A DNA stretch of 57,968 nt, filler included, from Dugesia japonica (GCA_001938525.1; 5 parts of 5 records of this genome joined end to end with filler, not necessarily neighbours in it), one strand, 5' to 3'. Positions 1 through 13,600 are shown, numbered from the whole stretch's first letter. Numbers and translations are program-made. Notes: generated from the sequence alone by a model not told the origin.

Positions 1-446
1 ATACATGAAATGTAATTTATTTTAAAAATTTATTCAGAACATAATTCAATTTACCAATAAAAGCATAGTTTTAATCAAATTACACATTAAAAATTAATAA
101 ATTCACCATACTTAATTTATTCAATCAATTATAGGAGATATTTTCAACAAATAATTACAAATCTTTCAAAATTATCAATACTTAATAAAAAATTCCTATT
201 GTAAATTAAATTTTAATTAAATTTTTACGATAAAAATAGAACTTAAATTAAAATACAGATTATCTAATTAAATTAATCAAAATTACAAGTAAAAATATAG
301 AACAGGTTAAATAATTAAATACTAATTAAACAGTACATTTACCACTAGTTAATATTATCAAATAGCGAAGGACAACTAGTAAATGATAGAAAAGACCTAC
401 AAAGAGTGAGAAAACCGTTGATAAGTAATGATCAGTGCACTGCTAG

Positions 447-509
447 CAGAGCTTTAATGTCTGAAATCTGGTGGTCAGAGCACAGAGCTTTAATAACTGA
501 AGACTGGTG
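447..509. repeat. Short two-copy direct repeat (~35-bp period, CAGAGCTTTAAT..CTGAA..CTGGTG)
   Basis: Two imperfect adjacent copies visible directly. Confidence 0.6.
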
Positions 510-1039
510 AAGAGGGAAATTTTATCCAAATTTATCTAAAAACTACTCAAAATTGATCTTACTGAAAAAATTATCGTATTTTTATATTCCTCGGGACTCC
601 TAAATTAAGTACTTGTTTTTTCAATTTAACTTTTATCTAAAAGATTTGATGATTTTACGTTAATTTATTTGTAATCAGTGTAGAATTCTCTATCAAATAG
701 ACTAGTTTTAATTAAATTTGAGATACTTTTTTAATTTTTTCGAAAAAATTACGAAATCCAGAAGGATAGCTGTATATCTTCGTTATGAAGCAATTTGACC
801 GAGACGATATTTTAACTTTGGAATTTAATATTTTAATATTTGGAATCAGCGGAAAATTCTCTATCTAATAGACATGATTATTTCATGTAAAGATGAGAAA
901 TAATTTTTTTGAAAAATTTATATTTGTGAAAAATAATCACCATCGAATTCTGCATCGACTGATGTAAAAATCTCGACAAAATGTTTTTTCAAAAATTTTC
1001 GAAATTTCAGATGTTTTCCCGGATTCCCATAAAAATTTG

Positions 1040-1640
1040 ATTTAAAAATTTTAAAACTCTGAAAATTTAAACAAAAATGACCTAATTTCACCAATTTACC
1101 ACAAAAGATTAAAATAATTTTAAAAAACTTGAAAATTTAAACAAANNNNNNNNNNNNNNNNNNNNNNNNNNNNNNNNNNNNNNNNNNNNNNNNNNNNNNN
1201 NNNNNNNNNNNNNNNNNNNNNNNACCGATCCCGAAAAAATAGTTGACTAAATCTTCCGAAAATGACCCAAACTAACCAATCCTGAGGAAAAATTAGACCA
1301 AATTCACATATAAAATACCCTTGTGAGTAAATAATTAACCAATTTTACCCATACCAAAAATTACCGAAAACGGACCAAGTTTGCCCAAACTGATCAAACC
1401 CGAGGAAATATTCGACCAAATTCACTTGAACCAACCAAAAATTGATCACACTCGACTTCACCGACTAAATTCCCAACTAAAAAGCCTAAAAAATATTACC
1501 GCTTAAAAAGCCTAGAAAACTTTCCCAACTAAATACACAGGGAAAAAGTAACACCAGTTAATCCTATTACGTAAAATTTCACCGATGACATAATTTGTGT
1601 GCAAAGATTTTCCCAACTAAATAAACAGATAAAAATCACC
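1040..1640. repeat. Degenerate minisatellite-like array (AAAAT/GACCAAA/ACCGA motifs)
   Basis: Recurrent GACCAAA/ACCAA/TTCCCAACTAA words with strong C/A strand skew. Confidence 0.45.
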
Positions 1641-1887
1641 CCAAATTATGTAATAATCTCGCGACGAAATTAATTACATTATGTAATGCACACAAATCTG
1701 TGTCACCGCCTATTTACATTAGAAAAATTACAAAAACACTTATGTAATAATCCGATTATGTCAACGGGGGGGGGGNNNNNNNNNNNNNNNNNNNNNNNNN
1801 NNNNNNNNNNNNNNNNNNNNNNNNNNNNNNNNNNNNNNNNNNNNNNNNNNNNNNNNNNNNNNNNNNNNNNNNNNNNNNNNNNNNNNN

Positions 1888-1943
<56 letters not shown>

Positions 1944-2331
1944 GATTATTATTATTATTATAATTATTATTATTGATATTGTTAATTGTTATTATTGTAG
2001 CTACCATAAATATTCAAATAATTCGTCAAAAGTAAAAAATGAATATTATAAAATTACAAAAAATTATCAAGTAATTAGTAAATCAATAATTATTTAGAGT
2101 TCGGCAGTTAATTTATAAAAAAATAACATTGCATACAATCAACATATTTGCAATTAGAAATGCAATTTCACCTTATGTTAATGGATAAATATTTGTGGAG
2201 ATTTCTTAATTCATCAATGTTTTTTTGGAATTTTAAAAGAATTTTTTTTTCATTTTTTAATGTTTTTCAAAGGAATCATTTTGTTTGTTTTATAATTTTA
2301 ACATCATAAATAATATTTTGTATTATTTTTA

Positions 2332-2394
<63 letters not shown>

Positions 2395-2459
2395 NNNNNN
2401 NNNNNNNNNNNNNNNNNNNNNNNNNNNNNNNNNNNNNNNNNNNNNNNNNNNNNNNNNNN

Positions 2460-2522
<63 letters not shown>

Positions 2523-2525
2523 CAT
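1888..2525. repeat. (TTA)n microsatellite tracts flanking gaps
   Basis: Near-pure TTA runs at ~1888-1975, 2335-2394 and 2460-2521. Confidence 0.95.
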
Positions 2526-2699
2526 TACCATTAAATATGTATTATGCATTTTAATTAATTTTCTACGTTAATAATATAGAGCGGTATTTACAAAGAAATG
2601 TATTTTTCAAAGAAGAAGCTTAAACTAACTTATATATTTATTATAATTTAATTAAAATAAAGGGGAAATTAATTTTTTACAAGTAATATTAGTTTTCGA

Positions 2700-3025
2700 A
2701 ATGTGGACCGTGAAAACCAGTTCTCCATGACTTATAGCAATTCTGCACTATCTGAAAGAACGTGTGGAGAATGGTTTCATCAATTCAAAATGGCGATCAA
2801 TATGTTGCTCTCAAACCACGCCCAGGTCAGCTTAGACAGTTTAACAATACCATTTTAGAGAATTTATTGGATATTAACTGCTCTCTGATACTCAATAAGT
2901 ATGCAAAAGTGTTAAATATTTGTCTTGCAACAATTTAAAATCGTTTGCATTATATGGGAAAGACTCAAAAGGAAAGAAAATGTATTCCACATTATTTGAC
3001 AAAAAGTGCAATTGAAAACCATTTC
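2700..3025 (+). mobile_element. mariner transposase N-terminal remnant
   Basis: Frame-broken translation TYSNSALSERTCGEWFHQFK..KPRPGQ..RLHYMGKTQKERKCIPHYLT matches the mariner HTH1/GRP/HTH2/WVPH(E)L region. Confidence 0.75.
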
Positions 3026-3899
3026 AACTCCTCGGCATCTTTCTTTATTTATAATCTTTTATTTTTATTATAATTTGTTGATAATTATGCCGAAATTCTT
3101 AGACTTTTAGAAAAATTTCTTAAAGAAGCTAATATCATTAGAAATAGGAAAAAGATTTTAAATCTAACATGATACGAGTAATCCACATCATTCTCAAGAC
3201 TGAAAGATGCTTTGACAAATTCATCTGTTTTAATTTTCAGAAATGGAGACGACACCTTTGTTTTGGATACTGATCCTAAATAAAAAATAATGAAAAGAAA
3301 ATTATCTGCTATAGATCAAATAAATTTAAAAAACAGAGAAGATGTATTGTGTAATTAGAAAAGAACTCCTGGAGGTATATTATTTTATAACACGTTTTAA
3401 ACATTATCTTTAAGACAAAAATTCATAATAAGGATAGACCATAAATGGTTCGGAAGGAAGTGGACTGATATCACGAGCATTCAAGACTAAAAAAAATAAA
3501 ATATCTGAAATTAACCAATCAAATAAATAAAATTGTATGAAAATTTTACTTTTTGTGGAAATGAGTTTGCAGTCAGCTAAATCAAAGAAGCACAATATTT
3601 AAAATAATATTTGCTAATGGAATAAGATTAAGTAATATGGCAGCGGTACGAAAAATAAAGATGGAGGAAAGAAATAAGGAAGCAAAGAAAGAGTAGAAAG
3701 AGAAACTTATCAAGAAAAAATGAAATCAACTAAAAAACCGAGTGAGTCACAAACATAAAAAACAAAGGACATTTTCGAGACCATTAGAATTTAATATTTA
3801 TCTGATAATAATTTAGAGCGTGTACTAAACAATAAAGAAATAACAAGAAACATTCATCAGATATAACGATTCAAGGCAGAATTTTGACAAAAATGTAAC

Positions 3900-6290
3900 T
3901 AACCTGAGTCCATCATCAGTTACTGCGGTAAAATAAGAAGGAAATTTTTTATATACTGGCCAATAAAACCTGTTACGTAATCAATCCAATGAAATAAGAT
4001 TAAAATAAATTTAAAAGTGAATGTGTGTCAATTTGAGTATTAAGAATCGGATTATGCAACCCGATTCTCAAAGCCTCTCACGCAATTCTTTCAAAATAGT
4101 TACCAAAACTGCTGTTCAAAACTGTAAACTCATAAATGCTTATTTTGTCTTTTCTATTTTAGCAGCAACAGGCATGATCTAAAACCGAACTTTTCCTACT
4201 CAATTGCATATGCTCGCTTACACGTGTACAAAGATAACGTTTTGTCTCTCCAATGTACGTGGCATCACATCCGTTACAATTAAATTAATAAACTAGGTTA
4301 TTGAGCAAAGCTTTTGGTGTAGTAGATATGTTGTTTAAATAACTTGAGGTTTTCTTTGAAGTGAAAATTAATCTAAATTTTATTATCATCAAAATATTTC
4401 ATGAGAGAGCATTTTATTGNNNNNNATCCTTCCGAGAATGGTAGTTTTATAGTTATTTTTTCTTGATTATTTTTAATGTTTTCTTCTTGGTCATTATTTG
4501 ATGTTGAGCACAGTTTGTTTAGAGTACTCTTTATATTATTGTAAATCATTTTTTGATTATATTCATTAGCTTGAAGACTACTATCTAATTTGTCAAGACC
4601 ATCATCAGCAATCTCAAAGCTTGATGATATACAACACACTCGATGAACCAAAACTTTTATTAATCCATTCTTATATTGATCATCACAAAAACTTTTAGGA
4701 GTGGTATTAAGTCCCGTGTCTGTTGATTTTTTATAAAGTAAAGTATAATAGTTGCAACCTTGTCTACAAACAAGGACATATAAGAATGGTAGTTTACCTT
4801 CTTTTTCAACTTCTCTAGTGAATTTCATATTTTGATGAAGACGTTCCATGTATTCAAGGAAAGGTAGTATATTATCTTCGTGTTTAAAAATAAGGAAAAT
4901 ATCATCTACGTATCTTTTGTATTCTATGGGTTGATTACCGGAAAAATTAGTAATTTGTGACTCTATTTTAGACAAAACTAATGATGCTTATGTTGGTGCC
5001 AATGGAGAACCCATTGCAACACCATCTTTCTGAGTGAACCAATCATTATTAAATAGAAAAATAACATCTTTACGGCAAAAAGTCAACAGTTCTTTCATTG
5101 CTGTTTTATCAAATTTAAAGTTTAAATTTGCGTAATGATTTTCCCAGAGATCAACACAAATATTGATAGTCTCATTTATAAGAACGTTTGTGAACAAACT
5201 AACTATATCAAATGAAACCATAATTTCCTTATCTGAGATAAGTTTCTTATTTTTTAAACAATTTATAAATTCAAAAGTATCCTTACATTCTCTATCATTA
5301 CATATTAATGGTTTAAGCATTTTGTCAAGTACTTTAACAACTTTGTATTGCACTGTGTTTATCATTGATAAAACCGGTCTTAAAGGGACGTCAGGTTCAT
5401 GTACTTTTGGTAAGCCATAAAGCTTTGCAGGCTGTCTTCCATAGCATAACATGAAATTTGAAATTAAACTATCTATGTGATTTCCTTTTTTTAATTTATT
5501 TAAAATTTTTAAGAATCAATTTTCATCATTAATTGGTGATGGTACGCTATTTTTTCTGAGGTTTAATCGTTCAAATTTAATTGTATTCAATATCATCATC
5601 ATTTTACTGTTATAATCATTCTTGTTCATGATCATTAGTCCATTGCCTTTATCAAATTTGCAAATGCTCAAATCTTTCTTTTTTAATCGTTTTAATATTT
5701 TTTAATCATTAAAATTAAGACGTTTATTCTTGTTTATAAATTTAGTAACAGAAGATTAAATATTAAACTTATAATTCAACAAATTCTGTTTATTTAAACT
5801 CTCTGAAAGGAGAAATTTAGAAAATGCCAATTCAATTTGAGCCTTAAAATTAAGTTCATCTATTTTATATTTAATAAAATGTGATGGTCCAAGTTTTAGT
5901 AGATCAAATTCATCATCAGTTAAAGTATAGTTTGAATGATTTATTATTGTATTTTCAATATTAAAATCAGAAATATCAAACATTAATTTAAGTTTAGCAA
6001 GTTTTTTATTTTGAACAGCAGTCTTAGATAATTTTACACTTTTATATAATCTTATTACATGAAGGATACATATACGAAACAAGTCATTGCCAATACAAGT
6101 AAACAAATCCACCTGACATTACTCAGTTTACTGATTAAAATCTTTCTAGCACGTCTTTCAACTTCTATAGTTCGCAATAGAACTTTCTTCAAATATTTCA
6201 TTTTATCATCTGAATGCAGGTATTCATGTACTGGTGTATTGTAGATAAATTTTGGCAACACACCAATATCTCGACAGTTGAAATAAAATT
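3900..6290 (-). mobile_element. Penelope-like retrotransposon (RT + GIY-YIG endonuclease), decayed
   Basis: RT motifs KLYGLPKVH..PLRPVLS, SFDIVSLFTNV, QKDGVAMGSPLAP, YKRYVDDIF and KFTREVEKEGKLPFL. C-terminal GIY-YIG region NLVY.FNCNGCDATYIGETKRYLCTRVSEH at ~4210-4300, ending EALRI..NPILNTQ..LF* at ~4000. Several stops and frameshifts. Confidence 0.92.
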
Positions 6291-6516
6291 AAAATATAAT
6301 TTGAACAAATTAATTGATAATATTACAAAATATTTATATTTGTTATTAGTTAATCGATTTTATAAATAGTAAAATTGTGTTGCTAACTGATCTTAATATA
6401 TTACCAATAACTAATGCTAGTTTGTTTGTCAAGGCAAATTCTTTAGGTTCATATTCAAATAATAATGCCTGGGAGAGTATCAAATTATTTTATTCTTTTA
6501 GATAGGTAGATAGATA

Positions 6517-8790
6517 CAGCCTAGCGTCGATATACCACAACTTCGATGTTCCGCTAAAAAAATGAAAATGTAATATCGACAATTTTTTAAAATTCAGAAG
6601 ATATAACACCATATTTTTCTGTCTCCATGAAAAATAAAAGAACAATTTTATCAATTATGGAAAAAAATGAAATATGAGAATTTGATGAAAATTATAAAAA
6701 ACTTGACAGATATCAAATTATTCAGCTATTTTTCAAAAAAATTAAACTAGAAAATTGCCAGCAGAACGATTTGCGATTTTAACAAAAATAGTTCACTATC
6801 GAGTTTAAACATTAATAAGAATGAGAAACAAGAAACATTGACACTTAATTAAGTACTGAAAAGTTTTTTTCTCATTGGATTAAATACGACTAAGCAATTT
6901 ATTTCACATAAATGATTTTTTAATACAATTTTAAGTAAAAATTTATTTAAAGCAAGCAGAGAAAAGCTGCAAAATTTGAGAAACGGCATAATTCGAAAGC
7001 GAACTATTACTGTGGCGAAATAGGTGATGTGAATATTGAGGAAATTGAGAGACAGCGAATTAGTTTCAAAGAATTGTTAAATGAGTATTCCATGTGTGAT
7101 TTATACCACTTTGATGAAACAACCTTATTTTATAAATGTTCGCCAACTAAAACCAAATCTGGTGAGCTAGTGAAAGAAGTGTATAAACGAAATGGCCCAA
7201 ATTTTACTAATATTGAGTTGAAATACGGATGTTTCGGATAAGAGACAATTATAGGTAGTTGGTGTTTAAGAAGGTTTAGTGTATCAACATTTTGCAATTA
7301 CTTTGCAATTTAAAAAAATTGAGTAACGTCAAAAGATTTCTCTAATTATTTATTTTGAGAAATTTGATAATAAAATGAGATTTCAGATATGAAATTTTGT
7401 TTTGATAATAAATAATGCTCATAAAACTATTGAAATATTAAATATAAAATTATTATTTTTGCCTTCAAAACCAACTGCAACCACTCAATAATGTACGAGG
7501 GGGGTCTGAAAAGTTTTTAGCCTAACCCATACAAAATATTTCAAAAAAGAGAAAACCAGTATTTTTATTCAATATGCCTTCATAGTAGAAATCCGCAGAT
7601 TGGGCTTAAAACCATGCCTTCGTAATTTCGATGACATCACTGTTTGTTTCGAAATAATTTTCTTTCAACATTGTTTTCAAATATAAAAACAAAAAATAAT
7701 CGGACGGAGCCAAATCAAGAGAATAGGCTGGATGTTCTAAAACTTGGAAACCAATATCTTGAATTGTATTCAATGTCTGTAAGACGGTGTGTGCAGGTGC
7801 ATTGTCCTGCAAAAATTGAATACCATTTCTTAACTTTCCAGGTCGTTTTGTTTTAATTTTTCTTTAACTTTGATCAATAAAGATGAATAATATTCAGAAT
7901 TTATCGTTGAGCTTTTTTCTAAAATGTCTATCATCACAATGCCTTTGCAATTAGAGAAATCAGTGGCTAAGACTTTCCCTGCAGACTTTTGTCTTCGGAA
8001 TTTTTTGGGTCGGGGCGATCCGGAATGCTTCCCCTCCATGGATTGTTGTTTGATTTCATTATCAAAGAAATGCAACCATGTTTCATCGACGGTTAGAATT
8101 TGAATAATAAATTTACTTTTATCCCTTGCAAAATGTGAAAGAATCACCTTTGAACTCTGCACTCGTCTTTGCTTCTGATCAGAATTCAGGCATTTAGGGA
8201 TCCATTTTGCAGAAAGCTTATTCATATCACAATCTTCGTGAATGATTTTACAAACACGTTCTTTGTATAGCTTTAAGGTCTCAGCAATAATTCTGATTGA
8301 AATTCGACGAGTTTCAAGAATCGTTTCGTGTACTTCTTCAATGTTCTCCTGAGTTGATGCAGAAATTGGTCGTCCGGATGCTTGTTTTGCCTCTCTCAAA
8401 TGATGATACCAATTTCTCACTGTTGCATATGTCGGGCATGTTTTCTTTAATGTTCTGCTCATGTCTTCATAAATTTATTTTTGGCTTAGGTCTTTTAAAA
8501 AAAGATATTTTATGACAGCCATATATTCAACTTTTTCAAAATTTTTTAATTCATCCGAAGTCATTAACTAAAACAAAAAATAATACTATTAATTAAATGA
8601 TAAAAATATAATAATCGATTTATTAATACTAAATAAAGAATGAATTTTAAAAAACTGTTGACAAAAATTCAAAAATATGTTTGGAAATGGGTCGGGCTAA
8701 AAACTTTTCAGACAGTCCTCGTAGTTATTCATTTGCTTAAGGTGCATTATCGAAAGAAATTTATTTAATCCGTTTATAGGTTTTTATAAA
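6517..8790 (+). mobile_element. pogo/Tigger (CENP-B-like DDE) transposon remnant, interrupted by a mariner insertion
   Basis: TA-CAG..CGATATA terminus-like sequence at 6515. Translations FEKRH..GEIGDV..DLYHFDETTLFYKCSPTKT and LLFLPSKPTATTQ (to 7490), resuming after the mariner as VIHLLKVHYRKK (8724-8760). Confidence 0.75.
7496..8721 (-). mobile_element. Near full-length mariner (DD34D) element with TIRs and TA target duplication; transposase pseudogene
   Basis: Left TA|CGAGGGGGGTCTGAAAAGTTTTTAGCCTAACCC and right GGGTCGGGCTAAAAACTTTTCAGACAGTCCTCG|TA are inverted copies. ORFs 7830-8462 and 7606-7812 carry WIPKCL, TVDETW, QDNAPAH and YSLDLAPSDYFLF. Length 1226 bp. Confidence 0.95.
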
Positions 8791-8868
8791 CCAAAAAAAG
8801 ACAAATAAAACCAATGTCTTTAAACTAGTGTGTTACTTTACCCGAGATTTTTTTACTCCCTGGATTCG

Positions 8869-8968
8869 NNNNNNNNNNNNNNNNNNNNNNNNNNNNNNNN
8901 NNNNNNNNNNNNTTAATTAATTAANNNNNNNNNNNNNNNNNNNNNNNNNNNNNNNNNNNNNNNNNNNN
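8869..8968. other. Artificial scaffold-joining spacer (44N-TTAATTAATTAA-44N)
   Basis: The identical 100-nt structure occurs four times; the 12-mer has stops in all six frames. Confidence 0.95.
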
Positions 8969-10900
8969 GATGCCAAATGGCATTCTATTAAAACAATATT
9001 GTCCGTGTTTCGTTGAAAACGCCGTTTTTTCTTGAGATTCGTTTTCGAGCTCAACTTGATAGTATACATTTTCCAAATCTAGTGAACTGAAATATTTGGC
9101 TCCATTTATCTTGTCCAGCATTTCATCGACATTAGGCAGTGGAAAGGCTTAATCTTTCGTTACTGCATTCAATTGTCTAAAATCCAAGCATATTTTTATG
9201 TCCTTTTTTTCCTTTTCTAAACACAGATCAATGGAGTATTCCATGGAGAGTTGCATTTCCGGATAATATTATTCTTGAAAAAGTTTCGGATAGCTTCTTC
9301 AATTTTAGATTCTAAGTTCATTGGTTGCATGTACGGTTTTACATTGATTGGTTCACCACTTGTGATTATTTTGTGTCTTCTCAGATGATTGCGTCCTACA
9401 TCCCATTTATCTGCCATAAAAGCATCTTCTTTACTTTCAATTATTTTCAATAATCACTGATTCTCTTTAATTTTCAAAGTATTTAAGGCTCTTGTCAATC
9501 GCTCTCCTTTTTTAATTTGTCTTCCGAATTTCGCTTGAATATTGCAAATGTAATTGTCGACTTTTTCATCCGTTTTGCTATCGACCTATTGCAAAGCTGG
9601 TATCCAAAAATATTCTGAATATCTATTCCTCCTATCAGATCTGATGTTATTCTTTCAGCAACTAAGTAATCTCTTTGCAAACTTCATCAATTATCCCTCA
9701 AGTTCTAACTTTCCCAGCAATTTCAAGTGTACTATTATTTGCACAACGCAATCTTTCATCACTCATTTCTAAATTTACTTCTCGTAATTTATTAAAACAA
9801 CTCAAACTCATAACGTTAATTCNAGCCCCTGTATCTATTAGACATTCAACTTAATTTCCTTGAATTGAGACAGTAACACTTGGTCTGCCTTGCAATTTAT
9901 GGTACGAAATATTTGTTTCCTGTTTTGCTTCAACTGTTTCAACTCATTCTACTTTTCTATAATTTTCCCTCTTTAAGAACCGGTATACTTTTTCTGAAAC
10001 TTTTACGATATCATCCCATTTTTCGATCCCTTAAGGATAATCAATTAGCTCATTTAACAATGGATGGCTCCTACAAACTCCTCTACTGGTGGAGCCCTGC
10101 TGTTTGGGTACTGCCTTTCGGAATCACTTTCATATACTTCCTCATATCCATCGTTTGTATTGATATCTTCATCTTTAATCGCATGTACTCGATTATATCG
10201 GTTTCTTGATTTTTCTGCAGTCATAAATTTCTCTATTGTTCTTTTCATTTTCAAATTTGTGTAGCACTCTTCTGATCTATGTCCACCATTACCAAATCGT
10301 TTGCACCTCATTTCTTGACATAATTTTCTAATATGGCCAACCTTGCCACAGCCAAAACCTTTTGTTGGTTTTTTATTTGGACAATCTCGACTTATATGTC
10401 CTGTTTTATGACAAGTTTAAAACTCTACCACTTTTTTTGTCGAAAAATTTGCTTAAGTATGACCGATCCTAAGACATAACCGACATTTGATATTTTGTTT
10501 TTTTTCTTTGATTTCCATGTTATTCACGGTATGATTTACAGCTGATAATTTTGATTGTAACTCTCGCGTAACTTCTAACTGCATTGGCCTGATCTCTGTT
10601 TTCTCTACTCGACCTACTAACGTTAACGTTTCTTGAATTTCTTCTATATTCTCTCATTTTCGCAAAGTTACTTCTTCTTCAACTTTTTTGTTATCTGAAC
10701 AGTATACTAGCATCTTTGCTACCATTTTTTCTTCAGTAAAATCTTTATTTGTAAATAATATTTTTATTAAATCTTTTACATTTTTAAAATAAACTTGAAT
10801 CTCTTCATTTCCACGCCTGTAGTTAATCAAATTTTGAAAATCTTTGATAACATTTTTCTCTTCCTTAAATGCCATGCCTGGATTAGTGCTACAAACTACA
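8969..10900 (-). mobile_element. Ty3/Gypsy LTR retrotransposon fragment (gag with CCHC knuckles, aspartic protease, RT N-half), decayed
   Basis: Gag knuckles (CHKTGHISRDC, CGKVGHIRKLC, GNGGHRSEEC), protease LIDTGA at ~9825-9842, and RT IIRKCNSPWNTPL, CLDFRQLNAVT, YFSSLDLENVYYQV, KTAFSTKHGQYCFNRMPFG. Order is PR-RT; cut by the scaffold end. Confidence 0.92.
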
Positions 10901-11657
10901 AACTATTAAGATTATTCTGCATTTTTAATGTAATACATTCTTCAAAACCTTTACGTTTTAAAAAAATCTTTATCCCTATGGCTTACAATACATATTTATC
11001 AATGGGTACTTCAGATATTTGGCAACATTTTTAAGGGGTAAAGATGGATAGACAACTAAATGTAAACATTTAGACTGCCAGAAAATATTGAGAACTACTG
11101 GAGATTCCGCAAAGGGTTTTCATATGCATTTATTCTCGGTGCATAAAATTAAAGTCGGAAGCACATCTATTTCGGTTCAGAAAACTCATTAGATGTAGAA
11201 GTTCAACAAAGGAGCCTTTTCTTCAGTTGGTCATTTTGTAGTATAAATAAGAAGCCGTTTAAATGATGAACGAGCTATTTTTTTCTAAAGGTCATCTTCT
11301 GAAACACAAGAAATAAAGAATTATCTATCAAATTTTATCATTTTTTTTAAAATTGTTTTAAAAATATATTGTAATCAAATGAATTTTTGATAGACTGCGA
11401 AATTATTATGCCATTTTAAATATGATAACGTTTAAATGGGATTCNNNNNNNNNNNNNNNNNNNNNNNNNNNNNNNNNNNNNNNNNNNNNNNNNNNNNNNN
11501 NNNNNNNNNNNNNNNNNNNNNNNNNNNNNNNNNNNNNNNNNNNNNNNNNCTAATAATAACTAATGGTTAATATTTATAATTGATGATGATATTTAACAAT
11601 TGATGATTATTAATAATTTTAACAAGTATTAGATAGTTACATTAATTCTCGCTGTTT

Positions 11658-13600
11658 TTAACACTAGAACTACGAAGATTTACCATATACCTATTTCTAC
11701 CAACCGGTCAAAATGACCGGTTTGCTTGTTTAATTAAACAAAATAGTAGAATTCAAGAAATAAAACTATAAATTCATAAGATAATTTAATTTAAAAGAAA
11801 TTAAATATATTTAATTCAAATATTGTAATTACATAACATAAAGAGTAGTATCATTCATTTTGTATTTAGGTTTAATTTTATTTACGACAATTTTTACATA
11901 TCAAAATTTTTTTAAAAGTACATTTGCCACAAACATATTTTTGGTAACGAGCACAGATATTTGCGGATTTATTCTCATTGCTTAAACCTATTTGACACGT
12001 TTTTCGTATGTTCAAATTTTCAGGACTCTTTAAAAGGTTGTTCAAGTATTCTAGTTCTAATGAGTCTTCATACTTTCCTGAAAGTTCTTCTGCTAATTGA
12101 AACAAGAAATCTTTTCTTGAAAAGTTTTTTCCAGTTGTTTCTGTGTATTAAATCCATGCATTTATTGCAGCTTGTTCGAGAATATTGAAGAATATTTGCA
12201 GAGTCCATTTTCGAGATCCTGACTTCACACTATACTTCTTAGCCATTTGATTGGTAACATCTACTCCGAATTTAGTATTGTTATTAAATTATATAGTTTC
12301 AGGCATCCTTTTTCATCTTTTTCAATGCTAATTGAATTATGTTTCGTACTCAGCAAGAGAACTTTTTATTGGCTTACTTTTATATATTGTCAAAGTGGCA
12401 TTGTTTCTTCTTTAAATTACAAATAAAAATTTAGGTAAACTATTTTTTTTTGTTTCGCAGGTTTTGGCAATTCTTTTTTGTTTGTGCGAACAGTTTCAAC
12501 TAAAGTAGTACCTTTCTCCAATAATTCTGAAGCTAGTGATAGGCTGGTGAAAAAATTGTCAGTCGTTACATTTTTCCAGAATAAGTATTTGGTTTAATTA
12601 TTTTTCGATCAACAGATTCAGCTAAAGGAACTGACGATTCCTCTGTTGCATCCTTTCACAAATANNNNNNNNNNNNNNNNNNNNNNNNNNNNNNNNNNNN
12701 NNNNNNNNNNNNNNNNNNNNNNNNGAACTTATCAGGTTTGTTCGGCATATATTAAGTGAACCTGCATCTTGCTTTAGTTGGAAATATTAGCTCGTCGATT
12801 ATAATATTTTGTCCCGGTATGTAACAGTTCTGACTATTTTCAAAATAAAGATTTTCAAACATATGAAATCATTGCAAATTTATAGGTTTTTAATCGCTGA
12901 CTTCTTTCAGTTATTTTATCAAGGCGGATAAAACGTAAAATATTCGTGAATTCATCCATTGGCATAGTTTTTGAAAAAAAAGCTGGCCCCTATTTCTGGG
13001 TTTCAAGTTTTTGGCTTCATATGCGCCACGCGCAAATAAAATGGCCAGAAAAGCGTTGAATTTTTTTTCTGATAAATCCCATTTTTCACCAGTAACTTGG
13101 AAAGCTTCTTGTTTTGTGCAGGTTATGATATTTATAATTTGACGATTAATTAGTAATGAGAAAGCACTACTTACGACACCCTTTATAATGCTTCGTTTTG
13201 CATATTCTGTATGTCCCATTTTTTCTTTGAAAATGGTATATTTTGGTCTTTTCCCTGGAGAAGATCCGGATTTGATTTTATTCCAAATAGTTCCATCATA
13301 AGCAATTTCAGTTTGCTGATCTTTACTCTCATCGGAATATGAAGGCAATCTTACACTTTTTCTTTTACGTACCTTGAGTATGTTCTCTTCTTCAGTATCG
13401 CTGTCTAAGGATACATAGACTTTCTCTTTCTAAAACTGAACCTCTGAAATATCTGTTGATTTACAGTCAACTTCACTGATAGCGGATATATCTTCGCATA
13501 TATTTATATCTCCAAGAAAATTTGGTATTTTCGAACGTCTCGGAGTTTTCAGGGTAAAACTTATAACTAAAAAATATTAAAATTTTATTTCTTTTTATAA
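11658..13600 (-). mobile_element. piggyBac (PGBD4-like) transposon, decayed; 3' terminus TTAA|CACTAG retained
   Basis: IDELIFPTKARCRFT.YMPNKPDKF (~12725-12800), VTTDNFFTSL (~12540-12570), NNTKFGVDVTNQM..RKWTLQIFFNIL..AAINAW, and Cys-rich C-terminus RKTCQIG..C...QKYVCGKC...ICKNC. TTAA-CACTAG at 11658-11667. Confidence 0.88.

Noticed and set aside
1686-2554. ORFs with poly-I/Y/L/N tracts (also 46347-46706, 46419-46685)
   Set aside because: They are translations of (TTA)n microsatellites and N gaps.
8913-8924. TTAATTAATTAA as a biological site (piggyBac TSD, PacI site)
   Set aside because: It is always centred in 44N+44N, so it is an assembly linker.
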